Assembly (NCBI GenBank): GCA_965116925.1
Contig: OZ220744.1
Span: 5,920,001-5,984,000 of the forward strand
Source of the DNA: Candidatus Poribacteria bacterium
GTDB lineage: Bacteria > Poribacteria > WGA-4E > PCPOR2b
Length of the DNA: 64,000 nucleotides
Reading direction: 5' to 3'
In this document: positions 29,266 to 40,022 of the stretch, in pieces
Numbering within the stretch: position 1 is the stretch's first letter
Layout of the letters: every line of letters begins with the position of its first letter
Program-made: the position numbers and the translations under genes
Notes under the pieces: generated by a model
Databases searched by the model: none
The model's input: only the letters and a program-made list of their open reading frames with translations
What the model was told of the DNA's origin: nothing

Positions 29266-32200
29266 CTTGCAGTCTCCTTTTCATCTGGTCAAGGATTGTA
29301 ACTCTGGTGCTGATAATGATGCTCCTGTTGATGCTTACTTTCAGTCCCCTTTTCATCGGGGCAAGGATTGTAACGATTGTGCACCGACTGCGGGAAACAC
29401 GCCCCAACGCACTTTCAGTCCCCTTTTCATCGGGGCAAGGGTTGTAACCTATCCCCCTCAATTCTTCGGGAGGCACGGCTGGGCTTTCAGTCCCCTTTTC
29501 ATCGGGGCAAGGGTTGTAACATTGAAAGGTTACGTGGGACACTGGCACGTGATGAACTTTCAGTCCCCTTTTCATCGGGGCAAGGGTTGTAACATATACA
29601 TCTTCTAATCGTAAGAATTTCGAGTTTACCTTTCAGTCCCCTTTTCATCGGGGCAAGGGTTGTAACATTGAAAGGTTACGTGGGACACTGGCACGTGATG
29701 AACTTTCAGTCCCCTTTTCATCGGGGCAAGGATTGTAACCAAGTCCTCAATCTTCTTCAGGTGGATTATTGCGTTTGCTTTCAGTCCCCTTTTCATCGGG
29801 GCAAGGATTGTAACTAGGTTCTATATTCCCCACAGGTGAGACGATTCAACCCTTTCAGTCCCCTTTTCATCGGGGCAAGGATTGTAACACGCACGCTGCC
29901 ACTCATCAGCTCATGGTGCATCCCCTTTCAGTCCCCTTTTCATCAGGGCAAGGATTGTAACGCCGATTTTGGCACGGATCAACGCAAAATCGCCTCCTTT
30001 CAGTCCCCTTTTCATCGGGGCAAGGATTGTAACCATCGTTGGGCGTGGTATAATCGACTACAGTTTGCATCTTTCAGTCCCCTTTTCATCGGGGCAAGGA
30101 TTGTAACGCCGATTTTGGCACGGATCAACGCAAAATCGCCTCCTTTCAGTCCCCTTTTCATCGGGGCAAGGATTGTAACGCCTCACGAATAAAGAAACCT
30201 GTCTTTGCTGTGTTCTTTCAGTCCCCTTTTCATCGGGGCAAGGATTGTAACACGCGCAGACGGGACACCGCGCCGGGTACTGTTGACTGCTTTCAGTCCC
30301 CTTTTCATCGGGGCAAGGATTGTAACCTTCACAAGAGACCTTGTGATAGCCGATGAAGACCTTTCAGTCCCCTTTTCATCGGGGCAAGGATTGTAACCGG
30401 AGTCCCCCATCGTCTATCCCCCAACGGCTTCGCTTTCAGTCCCCTTTTCATCGGGGCAAGGATTGTAACCATGATGATGGCGATTGCATTTCTCACGCAA
30501 TGCCTGACTTTCAGTCCCCTTTTCATCGGGGCAAGGATTGTAACCATTTAAGCGGAAATGTCACTACACGCCCTTTTCACCTTTCAGTCCCCTTTTCATC
30601 GGGGCAAGGATTGTAACCCTTGACATCGTTTTCCGTAGGCTGCATCAGGATTCTTTCAGTCCCCTTTTCATCGGGGCAAGGATTGTAACAAGAAGTCTCT
30701 ATCCTTGACCGTCCCCGTATCGTTGCTTTCAGTCCCCTTTTCATCGGGGCAAGGATTGTAACATCATACAGATACATATCTCCCCCAGCCCGTTTACTTT
30801 CAGTCCCCTTTTCATCGGGGCAAGGATTGTAACCTCACTCAATGCCGGACGGGTGGCCGTCTCAAGAGCATTCTTTCAGTCCCCTTTTCATCGGGGCAAG
30901 GATTGTAACAAGGCTACCGAGAATCCGACCCGACGATGAGGTGATGCTTTCAGTCCCCTTTTCATCGGGGCAAGGATTGTAACCTGCAACGCTGCAACGT
31001 AAAGTTGACAGTTTGGAACTTTCAGTCCCCTTTTCATCGGGGCAAGGATTGTAACCATGCGATGGGCAGGGCTGATACCCCTGTTGCGTGGTCTTTCAGT
31101 CCCCTTTTCATCGGGGCAAGGATTGTAACACCAACGATTCAGTGGAACGCCACTGGATAGCGTTCTTTCAGTCCCCTTTTCATCGGGGCAAGGATTGTAA
31201 CACAGCTACATCACCAGCAGCAGTATTATTACAGATGCCTTTCAGTCCCCTTTTCATCGGGGCAAGGATTGTAACGACAAATATAAAACCCAAAGGGTAA
31301 AGGGCCGTTAGTCTTTCAGTCCCCTTTTCATCGGGGCAAGGATTGTAACGACACCAGTAAACAAGCGGAGGCATTCCCGGACTATTCTTTCAGTCCCCTT
31401 TTCATCGGGGCAAGGATTGTAACGACAACATCGCAGCAGGCAAAAAGTTTGTGCTGGACTTTCAGTCCCCTTTTCATCGGGGCAAGGATTGTAACTACAC
31501 CAGTCTATCGGCAGTACAACTTCAAAGGGACTTTCAGTCCCCTTTTCATCGGGGCAAGGATTGTAACTGATAGATTTTGAAATAGGTAGGCGCGACTGCA
31601 CGGTCTTTCAGTCCCCTTTTCATCGGGGCAAGGATTGTAACCAAGCCAATCTACAAGCACATTGACCATTTACAAGCTTTCAGTCCCCTTTTCATCGGGG
31701 CAAGGATTGTAACGCAGCTAGGGAAAACTATGACGGCTTTGTGTTTGCTCTTTCAGTCCCCTTTTCATCGGGGCAAGGATTGTAACGTCATTTGCGGAGA
31801 TTGTGAATTTGACCGGGAACCAGCTTTCAGTCCCCTTTTCATCGGGGCAAGGATTGTAACGACCATTAGGGGTGTCCTTCTCTTTCATGATGTATGCTTT
31901 CAGTCCCCTTTTCATCGGGGCAAGGATTGTAACCTTGAAACTACAGTTGAGATGGTTTCTCCTTGCCTGCCTTTCAGTCCCCTTTTCATCGGGGCAAGGA
32001 TTGTAACCTATTCTCCTTCCTCGCTGGTGTCCTCTACGGTGCTTTCAGTCCCCTTTTCATCGGGGCAAGGATTGTAACGTTTCTGATTAAGCGGGTGGTG
32101 TGCCCTGTTTTGCCTTTCAGTCCCCTTTTCATCGGGGCAAGGATTGTAACTGTGTAACTTCTGGTCCGAGCGGTGGCATCTCGATCACTCTTTCAGTCCC

Positions 32201-33629
32201 CTTTTCATCGGGGCAAGGATTGTAACAGTATTAGATCCTATAACAGGTGCTGTGATAATTGCTTTCAGTCCCCTTTTCATCGGGGCAAGGATTGTAACAG
32301 AGTTTAGCGAATAGCGTTATTAACCCCAAAGTGCCTTTCAGTCCCCTTTTCATCGGGGCAAGGATTGTAACCTATAAATACCGCCCGCAACATTATATCT
32401 ATCACCACCCTTTCAGTCCCCTTTTCATCGGGGCAAGGATTGTAACATAACTTATTCGCAGATAATCAACGATAGATCAGGCTTTCAGTCCCCTTTTCAT
32501 CGGGGCAAGGATTGTAACCAGCGAACAGCAGTAGAAACACATCTAACAGGCGGTCTTTCAGTCCCCTTTTCATCGGGGCAAGGATTGTAACTACGGAAGC
32601 AAAGAAGTATATCGGCTTGGATGAAGCTTTCAGTCCCCTTTTCATCGGGGCAAGGATTGTAACTGCTTGGACGTAACTTGGACGGGACGGCGGTGGGATC
32701 TTTCAGTCCCCTTTTCATCGGGGCAAGGATTGTAACCTTTTGGACGGCAGATGCGACGCTGCCGTACACAAGCTTTCAGTCCCCTTTTCATCGGGGCAAG
32801 GATTGTAACCAGCAGGGCGTGTGTTGTATGAGCCATTCGAGTTCTTTCTTTCAGTCCCCTTTTCATCGGGGCAAGGATTGTAACCACCGTGATTAGTCTG
32901 AATCCTCTACCGTATCAAACAGCTTTCAGTCCCCTTTTCATCGGGGCAAGGATTGTAACTATCAATATCATGGTGTTTTCTCCCGTCTTGGTATCCTTTC
33001 AGTCCCCTTTTCATCGGGGCAAGGATTGTAACGTCAAATGTTCCGAACATACGCATAGCAGATATTGATCTTTCAGTCCCCTTTTCATCGGGGCAAGGAT
33101 TGTAACTGAGCCGTCCGTCGGGGGACACTACCTGCCTAAGACTGCTTTCAGTCCCCTTTTCATCGGGGCAAGGATTGTAACCAACAATTCGACTTTAGAG
33201 GTGAACGCTCGGAACAGTCTTTCAGTCCCCTTTTCATCGGGGCAAGGATTGTAACATGGGTAGTGGCACGACGGCTGTGGCTGCTAAGGAATTCTTTCAG
33301 TCCCCTTTTCATCGGGGCAAGGATTGTAACACATGAACAGACAAGCGCAGCAGCAGCCACACTCGCATCTTTCAGTCCCCTTTTCATCGGGGCAAGGATT
33401 GTAACCGCTCCGATGGATACAGGATACGGGCAGAGGTGGACTTTCAGTCCCCTTTTCATCGGGGCAAGGATTGTAACACGGGCGGGCTGTGGATTGGGCT
33501 AAATGACCTGTGGGCATCTTTCAGTCCCCTTTTCATCGGGGCAAGGATTGTAACATAATATGTATTACAAAGGCAAAGCACTAAAACGTAGGCTTTCAGT
33601 CCCCTTTTCATCGGGGCAAGGATTGTAAC
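29266..33629 (-). CRISPR. CRISPR array, 60 repeats / 59 spacers, repeat GTTACAATCCTTGCCCCGATGAAAAGGGGACTGAAAG (37 bp)
   Basis: Counted by hand; degenerate terminal repeat 29266-29302; leader and cas genes to the right; 3' GAAAG end fixes orientation. Confidence 0.98.
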
Positions 33630-34030
33630 CGACTATGGGCAGCACTCATAAATCGCTCCAAAATATAGAAAATATCTATGTTTTTGAAGCATTCTCTGTA
33701 TCATGGCATGAAACGCCTCTGTGTTCAAGAAAAAAGTGTATATCTTCAGCGTGTCTTGTGTTCATCAGTATCGGTGGGATTCGGATCGTTATTTTCGCAA
33801 ATCCCCGTTGTCAGTGTCATGCTATCTGTTTGGCTATGGAGACCAGAGACAGTCAGTCGCAAATCGATCTTCCTACAGATTTGGGTAGGTACAAGACCTA
33901 CCCCTACAGTCTTCGTTTTGATTAAGACGGTGTAAACTCTGCTTTGAGTAGGCACAAAGCCTGACCCTACAGTATCTTCTTTTTCGCAAATTGCCCCGTC
34001 TTTTCCGCAGAAACTTGGTTTGCGAAATTC
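33630..34030 (-). promoter_or_regulatory. CRISPR leader
   Basis: Non-coding stretch between cas4 and the first repeat, AT-rich next to the repeat, repeated TTCGCAAAT motifs. Confidence 0.75.
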
Positions 34031-34603
34031 TCATAATACATCGGCACAGAATCGACGAAATTCACACTCGACGCATTTGCCGCGCTGTGGTGTCGGTGGA
34101 GGCATCCACTCCTCTGATAGCATACGCCGTATCTGTTTGATAGCGTCGAGAGTCCTGCGCCTAAGTGTCTCTGAAATCGGAACTGGTGTGATGCGCCCTG
34201 TAGGGATCCGATAGATGAACCCTTGAGACACCGATTGACCGAGACACTCCTCCACCATCAGCGCGTAGGCTGTCAACTGATACTTCGCGTTCAGATTCAA
34301 CCGTTGGGTCGTGTCCTTAAACTCGACTGGAAACGCGCCATCTTCGGTCTCAATAAGCAGGTCGAGCACACCGCTCAGTCCGAGGGACTCGGCGTATAGT
34401 GAGATGTGGAACTGACGGCTACCAGCCTCCAGTCCGTAGCGGGAGAGGGTTCGCCGTCGCTCTAAGACGCTTAGGATTTCGTGTTGGACCGCGCCGATTT
34501 GCATCGGGTGCGTCGTTGGGCGGGTCACGGGGGTGTAGTAGGTGTGGTAGACCACCCGTGGACAGTAGAAGTATTGTTTGATGTCGCTGACCCGTATGTT
34601 CAT
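34031..34603 (-). CDS. cas4: Cas4
   Basis: QYFYCPR, GVLD, PVEFK, QLTAYA, CxxCxxxxxC. Confidence 0.96.
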   Translation of the reverse strand: MNIRVSDIKQYFYCPRVVYHTYYTPVTRPTTHPMQIGAVQHEILSVLERRRTLSRYGLEAGSRQFHISLYAESLGLSGVLDLLIETEDGAFPVEFKDTTQRLNLNAKYQLTAYALMVEECLGQSVSQGFIYRIPTGRITPVPISETLRRRTLDAIKQIRRMLSEEWMPPPTPQRGKCVECEFRRFCADVL

Positions 34604-34851
34604 TTTCCATTCTCCTCAATGACGGTTCGTTTGTCGTAGTCTTTTGCACACACGCTAAGGATCTCGATCTTCCCTTCCGCTTTGCCGAGTTGTTCGGTCA
34701 GTTTCTCCTCCAATGCGCGCCGCCGGGTTGTGTTGATGTCACCGAGGAATGCGCTGTACTGGATGCGTTTTAAGCCGTAGTCGAGGCAGACATCGGCAAT
34801 CTTTTTGCGGATGCGGTCTTTCACGATGTCGTAGATGACGTAGGTGTGCAT
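34600..34851 (-). CDS. cas2: Cas2
   Basis: VIYDI, RIQYSAF. Confidence 0.96.
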   Translation of the reverse strand: MHTYVIYDIVKDRIRKKIADVCLDYGLKRIQYSAFLGDINTTRRRALEEKLTEQLGKAEGKIEILSVCAKDYDKRTVIEENGK

Positions 34852-34858
34852 GAATTAT

Positions 34859-34892
34859 AGAAACCGAGTTTTTTCTTGAAAACTCGGTTTCT
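34859..34892. repeat. AGAAACCGAG-family REP palindrome (also at 21581, 28960, 35481, 35646, 40755, 45243 chimeric, 46681, 48335, 60721)
   Basis: AGAAACCGAGTTTT-loop-AAAACTCGGTTTCT, 33-34 bp, ten intergenic copies seen. Confidence 0.9.
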
Positions 34893-34899
34893 CTGTCCC

Positions 34900-35466
34900 C
34901 TAATCTAACATCAAGTGCTCTATAAACTCCCTATTGGTCTCAGAATACGCACAGACGAATTTAGTATAAGCTTGGCGCGAAGGAAGTTGAGACAGTACGA
35001 TATCAGGTTTGGATAAAGTTCCGTTACGCAAACCGATGTAGTCCTGATAGCTAGAAAATGTCCAACTTTCTGGATTACTGGCTATCCCCGCCAATACTGG
35101 ATTTAGGTGAATATAGCGTGAAAGATGTAGAAGATATTCGTTTTTGTCTACTAACTTTGCCTTAAAGACACCTTGGAAAACTGGTCCCACGCGGTCTTGT
35201 TGCCGATTCACAGCTTTGGTGTAGGATACGGTGAATGGTTGCATAATTTTCGTGCTCAGGTTGTCATCTTTCAGGTAAGCGAGAATGTGGTAATGATTCG
35301 GCATAAGACAATAGGCGACAATTTCAATTAAATCAGGAAGGCAGTAGTGGCGTAAGCGTTTTATAAAGTATCCCCAGTTTTCCTTATCAAAGAAGATGGG
35401 TTGACGGTTTACGCCGCGGTTGTATAAATGGTAATAATGTCCTGCTCTAAATTGAACGTCTCGCAT
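34900..35466 (-). CDS. REP-associated tyrosine transposase (RAYT/TnpA-REP, Y1 HUH)
   Basis: YHLYNRG, AYCLMPNHYH, VFQG, YIHLNPV, W.FSSY; REP copies on both sides. Confidence 0.92.
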   Translation of the reverse strand: MRDVQFRAGHYYHLYNRGVNRQPIFFDKENWGYFIKRLRHYCLPDLIEIVAYCLMPNHYHILAYLKDDNLSTKIMQPFTVSYTKAVNRQQDRVGPVFQGVFKAKLVDKNEYLLHLSRYIHLNPVLAGIASNPESWTFSSYQDYIGLRNGTLSKPDIVLSQLPSRQAYTKFVCAYSETNREFIEHLMLD

Positions 35467-35686
35467 CTATGGTGTCTCCCAGAAACCGAGTTTTTTCTTC
35501 AAAACTCGGTTTCTATCGGTTTCTAAATGTGTTGTACCTTAAATCGGTAATTTGGTATCTATGGTGCGTCCGAGAAACTGCTCGCCTGCAACCTTCCACA
35601 CACGCTCCCATGAAAATTGGGAGTTTCGTATCTATGACGTGTCCAAGAAACTAAGTTTTGAAGAAAAAACTGAGTTTCTAAACTTT

Positions 35687-36796
35687 TTACCATGTGGCGG
35701 TGAAGGGGTGATAGTCTCGTTCGCGGCGTAGGTGCATGGCGAGGTGACGCGCTTGGAGCTGGATGATGTTGCAGAGTTTTTGCGCTTTTCGCTCGAATCG
35801 TTCGGTTTCTTGAAGTCTCGCCAGTACGCGATCGGCAAGGGCGCGTCGGGTCGCTTGGCTGAGGCGGCGTTGTGTTGGGGTTTCGGTCTCCGCATCGGGT
35901 TTCGAGGATTGGTGCACGGCTTTGGCGGCGTCGCTGTCGGGGTCTTCCCACTCGACTTTGAATCGTTTGTTGATCATCGCGAACACGACCCGATCCACGA
36001 CGGGTTGGCGGAACTCTTCGATGAAGTCTAGCACCAGTGAGGGTTTGCCGGGGCGATCGACGTGCAGGAATCCGGCAAACGGTTCTAGCCCTGCCAGTGT
36101 GAGCGCGCTCCAGACTTGTGAGTAGAGTATGCCGTAGCCGTAGTTGAGCAGTGCGTTCACGTCGTCGGTTGCGCCTTGATGGTTGCGAGTGGTGAAGCGT
36201 CCGGCGGGCAGCAGGCGTTGGACGCATTCCCAGTAGAGGGCACCGGCGCGTCCTTCAAGGTTCAGTAGTGTGCTACGTGCATTGTCGATTGGCGGTTCGC
36301 TGACTGCAGCAACGGTTGGGGATTGAACGTCCTGGATTTCGTCAATCAGTCCTTCGATCTTTGTGAGTCGTTCCATCAGTTCGGCGTATTTTTTGGGTGC
36401 CTGTTTTTTGCGGTATTTGCCGAAGTAGCGAACGAGGTTGATCTGGTTCTTCAGCTTGCCAGTAGCAAACTGTTTGGCGATCTCTAGGCCGCGCTCGTCG
36501 TGGTAGGCGGCGAGTTGTTCGCGCCTTGAGATCACGGTCGCTGTCAGGGACGGGCTGTTGAGTTTCGCATACGGTTTGCCGTTGAAGCTGAGGAATGCGA
36601 TTTCGATGCCGCGCTCGGTACAGGCTTCAATGAGATCTGAGGACATGCTGACGCCACGTGAGGTGATGACGATTTGATCGAGGTCCATCAGGGGGTGTTC
36701 CTCTTTTTCGCGGTCTTTGTCTCGGTATCGGACGCTGACGCGCTCGGAGCGTTTGCCGAGGTATGTGCCGTAGTCGGAGATGATGAGTTGTTCCAT
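35687..36796 (-). CDS. cas1: Cas1
   Basis: LEGRAG..YW, NALLNYGYGIL, GFLH, SLVLDFIEEFR. Confidence 0.97.
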   Translation of the reverse strand: MEQLIISDYGTYLGKRSERVSVRYRDKDREKEEHPLMDLDQIVITSRGVSMSSDLIEACTERGIEIAFLSFNGKPYAKLNSPSLTATVISRREQLAAYHDERGLEIAKQFATGKLKNQINLVRYFGKYRKKQAPKKYAELMERLTKIEGLIDEIQDVQSPTVAAVSEPPIDNARSTLLNLEGRAGALYWECVQRLLPAGRFTTRNHQGATDDVNALLNYGYGILYSQVWSALTLAGLEPFAGFLHVDRPGKPSLVLDFIEEFRQPVVDRVVFAMINKRFKVEWEDPDSDAAKAVHQSSKPDAETETPTQRRLSQATRRALADRVLARLQETERFERKAQKLCNIIQLQARHLAMHLRRERDYHPFTATW

Positions 36797-36863
36797 TTTT
36801 CTGTTTCCTTTCGATCCGCTGCTTGCGTCGGTCTTGAATTTCGGGTACACTTTAATAACCTAA

Positions 36864-37018
36864 TAGGACTTACGCAGTTGATATAAATATCGCCGCTGCC
36901 TTCGTGGCGCGGTGCCTGCTCTTGAAGAAATTGGGGGTTCCCAGTCTGCAATAGTGGGTACAGGTTGCCTAACCTGTACGGGGTGTGCGATGTTTGCCAG
37001 CGAAGTGCGTAACTCCTA
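36864..37018. mobile_element. MITE with TAGGACTTACGCA / TGCGTAACTCCTA ends
   Basis: 13-bp terminal inverted repeats matching the IS701 fragment end at 9004. Confidence 0.75.
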
Positions 37019-37100
37019 CCTAAGTTGCTATTCGTTGAAAGTCCACCGTTTTTTATCAGGGCAGAACCTCCCCGACCATCTGGTAGGTCCTTTGTCTTTC

Positions 37101-37176
37101 GCTCCAGAGGAGCGATATGTCTATAGAACCACAATAGGGTGGATACCCGCGCTCCAGAGGAGCGCAATGTGTATAG
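37101..37176 (+). repeat. Tandem pair of GCYCCAGAGGRGCGATATGTGTATAG REP-like units (inverted pairs at 44011-44087 and 46359-46435)
   Basis: Three pairs with 50-51 bp period. Confidence 0.75.
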
Positions 37177-37321
37177 CCAGGGCCAAGCTGCCGATAAATT
37201 GAAGTCCTAAGAACGGATTGGCGAAGTCGGAGCCGAGCGGGTTTTATAACTAGCAACTTGCGTTTTAACAAGGAACGCAGATCTGCGTTCCCTACCCCCG
37301 GTTGTAAGCGATTATGGGAGA

Positions 37322-37621
37322 TTGACTCAGGTGGTTCTTATGTGCCAACGTTGCAATACCTACAAATATCTTGAGCCCCGCCCAAAGAACTGGCGAAACC
37401 AGCTCTGGATTAAGGGCAGAAATATGACGGTTTGGCATCTGATCGCTGCGATGCGTACTGAACATGAGACGCTTGAACAAACCGCTGAAAACTTTGGTTT
37501 GCCGCTGGAGGCTGTCGTCGAAGCGATGCACTACTATGCACTTCACAAGGATATTGTCGAAGCGGATGTTGAAGCGGAGAAGCAGATCCTCGTTGAAGAA
37601 TTCAGAGTTGCCTATTGTTAG
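37322..37621 (+). CDS. DUF433-like antitoxin (orphan; start uncertain)
   Basis: QLWIKGRNMTVWHLI...EQTAENFGLPLEAVVEAMHYY. Confidence 0.7.
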   Translation: MTQVVLMCQRCNTYKYLEPRPKNWRNQLWIKGRNMTVWHLIAAMRTEHETLEQTAENFGLPLEAVVEAMHYYALHKDIVEADVEAEKQILVEEFRVAYC

Positions 37622-37664
37622 CGAAAATTAACTCCTTAGCCAGTCCCTTTAACAATGGTGGATA

Positions 37665-40022
37665 TTAATCAAATGTCAATCCCACCTCCGAGTTATATTT
37701 GGCGGTAACGCGATAAGGTTCTCGTCCATTTCTCAGAATTTGGTCACTGTTTTTGAGTGCGTGAAACCTTCCCCAACTGATTGGGACTAACAGTTCTCCG
37801 GCGCGAATTGGTTCTTCCTCGTTCAGAGTTTTGTATTCATTATAGAGAGAAGCCGGTAGGACCTCAAGTCCATCAAACGCCCTGTAAAATGCTTCCTCAA
37901 GTCCCTCGTCTGCTGCAAAAGGACGCATTGGTCGTATGCACATTCTATCAAAGTTTGCGGCGGCGTTTTCGTATTTCTCCCGCCAACGAACTTCAACTTC
38001 GCCACTGTAGATTTCATCCAACCAAGCACCGATACTGCCCTCATCAATTGGCTGTTCATGTTCGCGTTCAAGAATAGAAAGGGTGCGTTGTACCAGTTCG
38101 GGATCATAAATCTTTTGTCCATCGTCAGGTTGACGAAAGACATGAACAGGCGCGAGACCTTTCTGTAGTCTACGACGGTTGATACGACCAAAACGTTGTA
38201 CTAGTGCCTCCAGCGGTGCCGGCTCTGTGTAGATTGTATCCAAATCAATATCAAGACTGACCTCAACCGCCTGTGTTGCAACGAGGACAATAGGTTGACG
38301 TTTCTCGCTCGTTGCTCCCGTTGCATCCCGAATCAGTTTTTCTTTCGCAGAACGGTCACGCATATTGAAACGACCGTGTAAAAGTTCCGTTCGGATATTC
38401 ACCTGATTCAGTTGGTCACTAATTTGGTTATATGCTTCTTGTGTGCGATCAACGAGATTGCACACAACCAACACCGATTTTCCCGCCTCTGCGTCGTTGA
38501 CCACATTTGACAACCCGGAATCAGTCAATAATTCGCCGTCGTGCAGCATCAGTCGATGACGGATAAATTCTTGGAACAACGCTGAATCAGCTTCAATTTT
38601 AGCTGGGGTGTCTAAGGCTTCAGATAACCAACCTTGAATCAGCGTTGGGAAGGTTGCTGACATGATGAAGAAACGGGCGTTGAAATTCACTCTCAGGTAC
38701 TCGATGGTTTTGAGGATCATCGCCAATCGCGTGACTTCGTAGGCGTGAATCTCGTCAAATATAAACGCCGCATTATGATAATCGGTGAGCAACGCCTCGT
38801 AACCTTTGAGGCGATACATCCCTTTAAGCATTTGATACGGACTAAATACACGGACCGGCGGATAATTAAGCCGTGATAGATTCCGCGCCCATGTTGCGGT
38901 ACGAGCTGCTGCTCTTGGATGATAATCTCTTTCTAAGAGAGCCCGATAAAGTGCTAGCAGACCACGGCCATGTTGCAAACCAACGTGTGGGAAGATTTCT
39001 TCTAGGCGACCTTGCATTGCATTCATACTGGCTTGATAGGGGAGTGTATAAAAGAGTCGAGGCAATCCACCGACACTTGATGACTGGCGTGCTGCCCACA
39101 GTAGAGCGGCTTCTGTTTTCCCACTACCGGTTGGTGCTACTAAGAGTGCTGAACCATCAACTGTTTCGGCTAGTGATTGGTGTCCAAAGAGACTTTCCGT
39201 CGATAGGTTACGGCTTGTTAAAATCGTATCTGCGTCAAACTCGGCAACCGGTATCGGTCCAGCGTGAGCGGAGGCACTGTGGTCTGCATTGATGATATAG
39301 CCGCGAACAGTGATTCCTAGCACGATTGCATCAAGTGTGCCTCTCCTCTCTAAATTTCGGTTGAGTGTCCGGTAAACCTTCAGCCAGTGCCGGGTTCGTT
39401 CAACGCCGTATTGTTGGACAGCTTCAATCGCGATATGCTTCTCTTGCAGCTGAGGCGTTGAGATGCCAAAATTTGCTAACCCAAGTTCATCCCGCCACGC
39501 GATACCACATTCTGACAACCAACGCCACAATCCGCCCAAGGTTTTCTCTGAGAGGGAGGCAAGTTGAGGTCTCAAAGGGTCATCGTCCTCCCAATCAGGG
39601 ATAGGGTAAATTCGCTGAATTTCCTCGAAATCTCGATGGTGTGAGACAATGCTGGCAACAAGCCATCGCTGCTCTTCCGTTGACAGATCATCAATCACCC
39701 AATCCACAAACGCAAGCGAAAACACTTCGTGACGGTGCCCCCATCCTCCCCCATTACAACGGAGTTGCATTTGAAAGCCTGCTATTGCCTTGCCAAAATC
39801 GTGAAGGAATGCTGACCAGAAAAGGATGTGCCATAAACGTGGTACGTTGAGTTGCGTTGGAAGATTGGGGCGTAATTGGATGAATTCTGCCAATCGTGAT
39901 AACACATACCATGTGTGCTGGGCTAATGTTTCCGGTTGACCGCCTTCACCCAATTCCGCACTTTTTGCCCACACATTGTTTAACCAATCGGGATATGGGA
40001 CGTTTTCAATTGAAGGTTGCAT
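37665..40022 (-). CDS. cas3: Cas3 HD nuclease-helicase
   Basis: LHDFGK, ADHSAS, APTGSGKT, DEIH, SAT, QRFGRINR. Confidence 0.97.
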   Translation of the reverse strand: MQPSIENVPYPDWLNNVWAKSAELGEGGQPETLAQHTWYVLSRLAEFIQLRPNLPTQLNVPRLWHILFWSAFLHDFGKAIAGFQMQLRCNGGGWGHRHEVFSLAFVDWVIDDLSTEEQRWLVASIVSHHRDFEEIQRIYPIPDWEDDDPLRPQLASLSEKTLGGLWRWLSECGIAWRDELGLANFGISTPQLQEKHIAIEAVQQYGVERTRHWLKVYRTLNRNLERRGTLDAIVLGITVRGYIINADHSASAHAGPIPVAEFDADTILTSRNLSTESLFGHQSLAETVDGSALLVAPTGSGKTEAALLWAARQSSSVGGLPRLFYTLPYQASMNAMQGRLEEIFPHVGLQHGRGLLALYRALLERDYHPRAAARTATWARNLSRLNYPPVRVFSPYQMLKGMYRLKGYEALLTDYHNAAFIFDEIHAYEVTRLAMILKTIEYLRVNFNARFFIMSATFPTLIQGWLSEALDTPAKIEADSALFQEFIRHRLMLHDGELLTDSGLSNVVNDAEAGKSVLVVCNLVDRTQEAYNQISDQLNQVNIRTELLHGRFNMRDRSAKEKLIRDATGATSEKRQPIVLVATQAVEVSLDIDLDTIYTEPAPLEALVQRFGRINRRRLQKGLAPVHVFRQPDDGQKIYDPELVQRTLSILEREHEQPIDEGSIGAWLDEIYSGEVEVRWREKYENAAANFDRMCIRPMRPFAADEGLEEAFYRAFDGLEVLPASLYNEYKTLNEEEPIRAGELLVPISWGRFHALKNSDQILRNGREPYRVTAKYNSEVGLTFD

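Noticed and set aside
29521..29556. Duplicated spacer begins ATTGAAAG, like a CRISPR repeat 3' end
   Set aside because: An 8-nt match is within chance and no further repeat similarity is visible
29255..33517. Many short ORFs across the CRISPR array
   Set aside because: Translations of the repeat (VTILAPMKRGLK, FQSPFHRGKDCN); not genes
29303..33592. Self-targeting spacers within the window
   Set aside because: None spotted by eye; not exhaustive, needs an alignment of all 59 spacers
34900..35466. Y1 protein as the TnpA mobilising the TnpB or IsrB elements
   Set aside because: Motifs (NRG, LMPNH, NPV, SSY) and REP flanks are RAYT-type, not IS200 TnpA; no IS end hairpins around it
35559..36227. 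222-aa Arg/Pro-rich ORF overlapping cas1
   Set aside because: Alternate frame of cas1 with no recognisable motif
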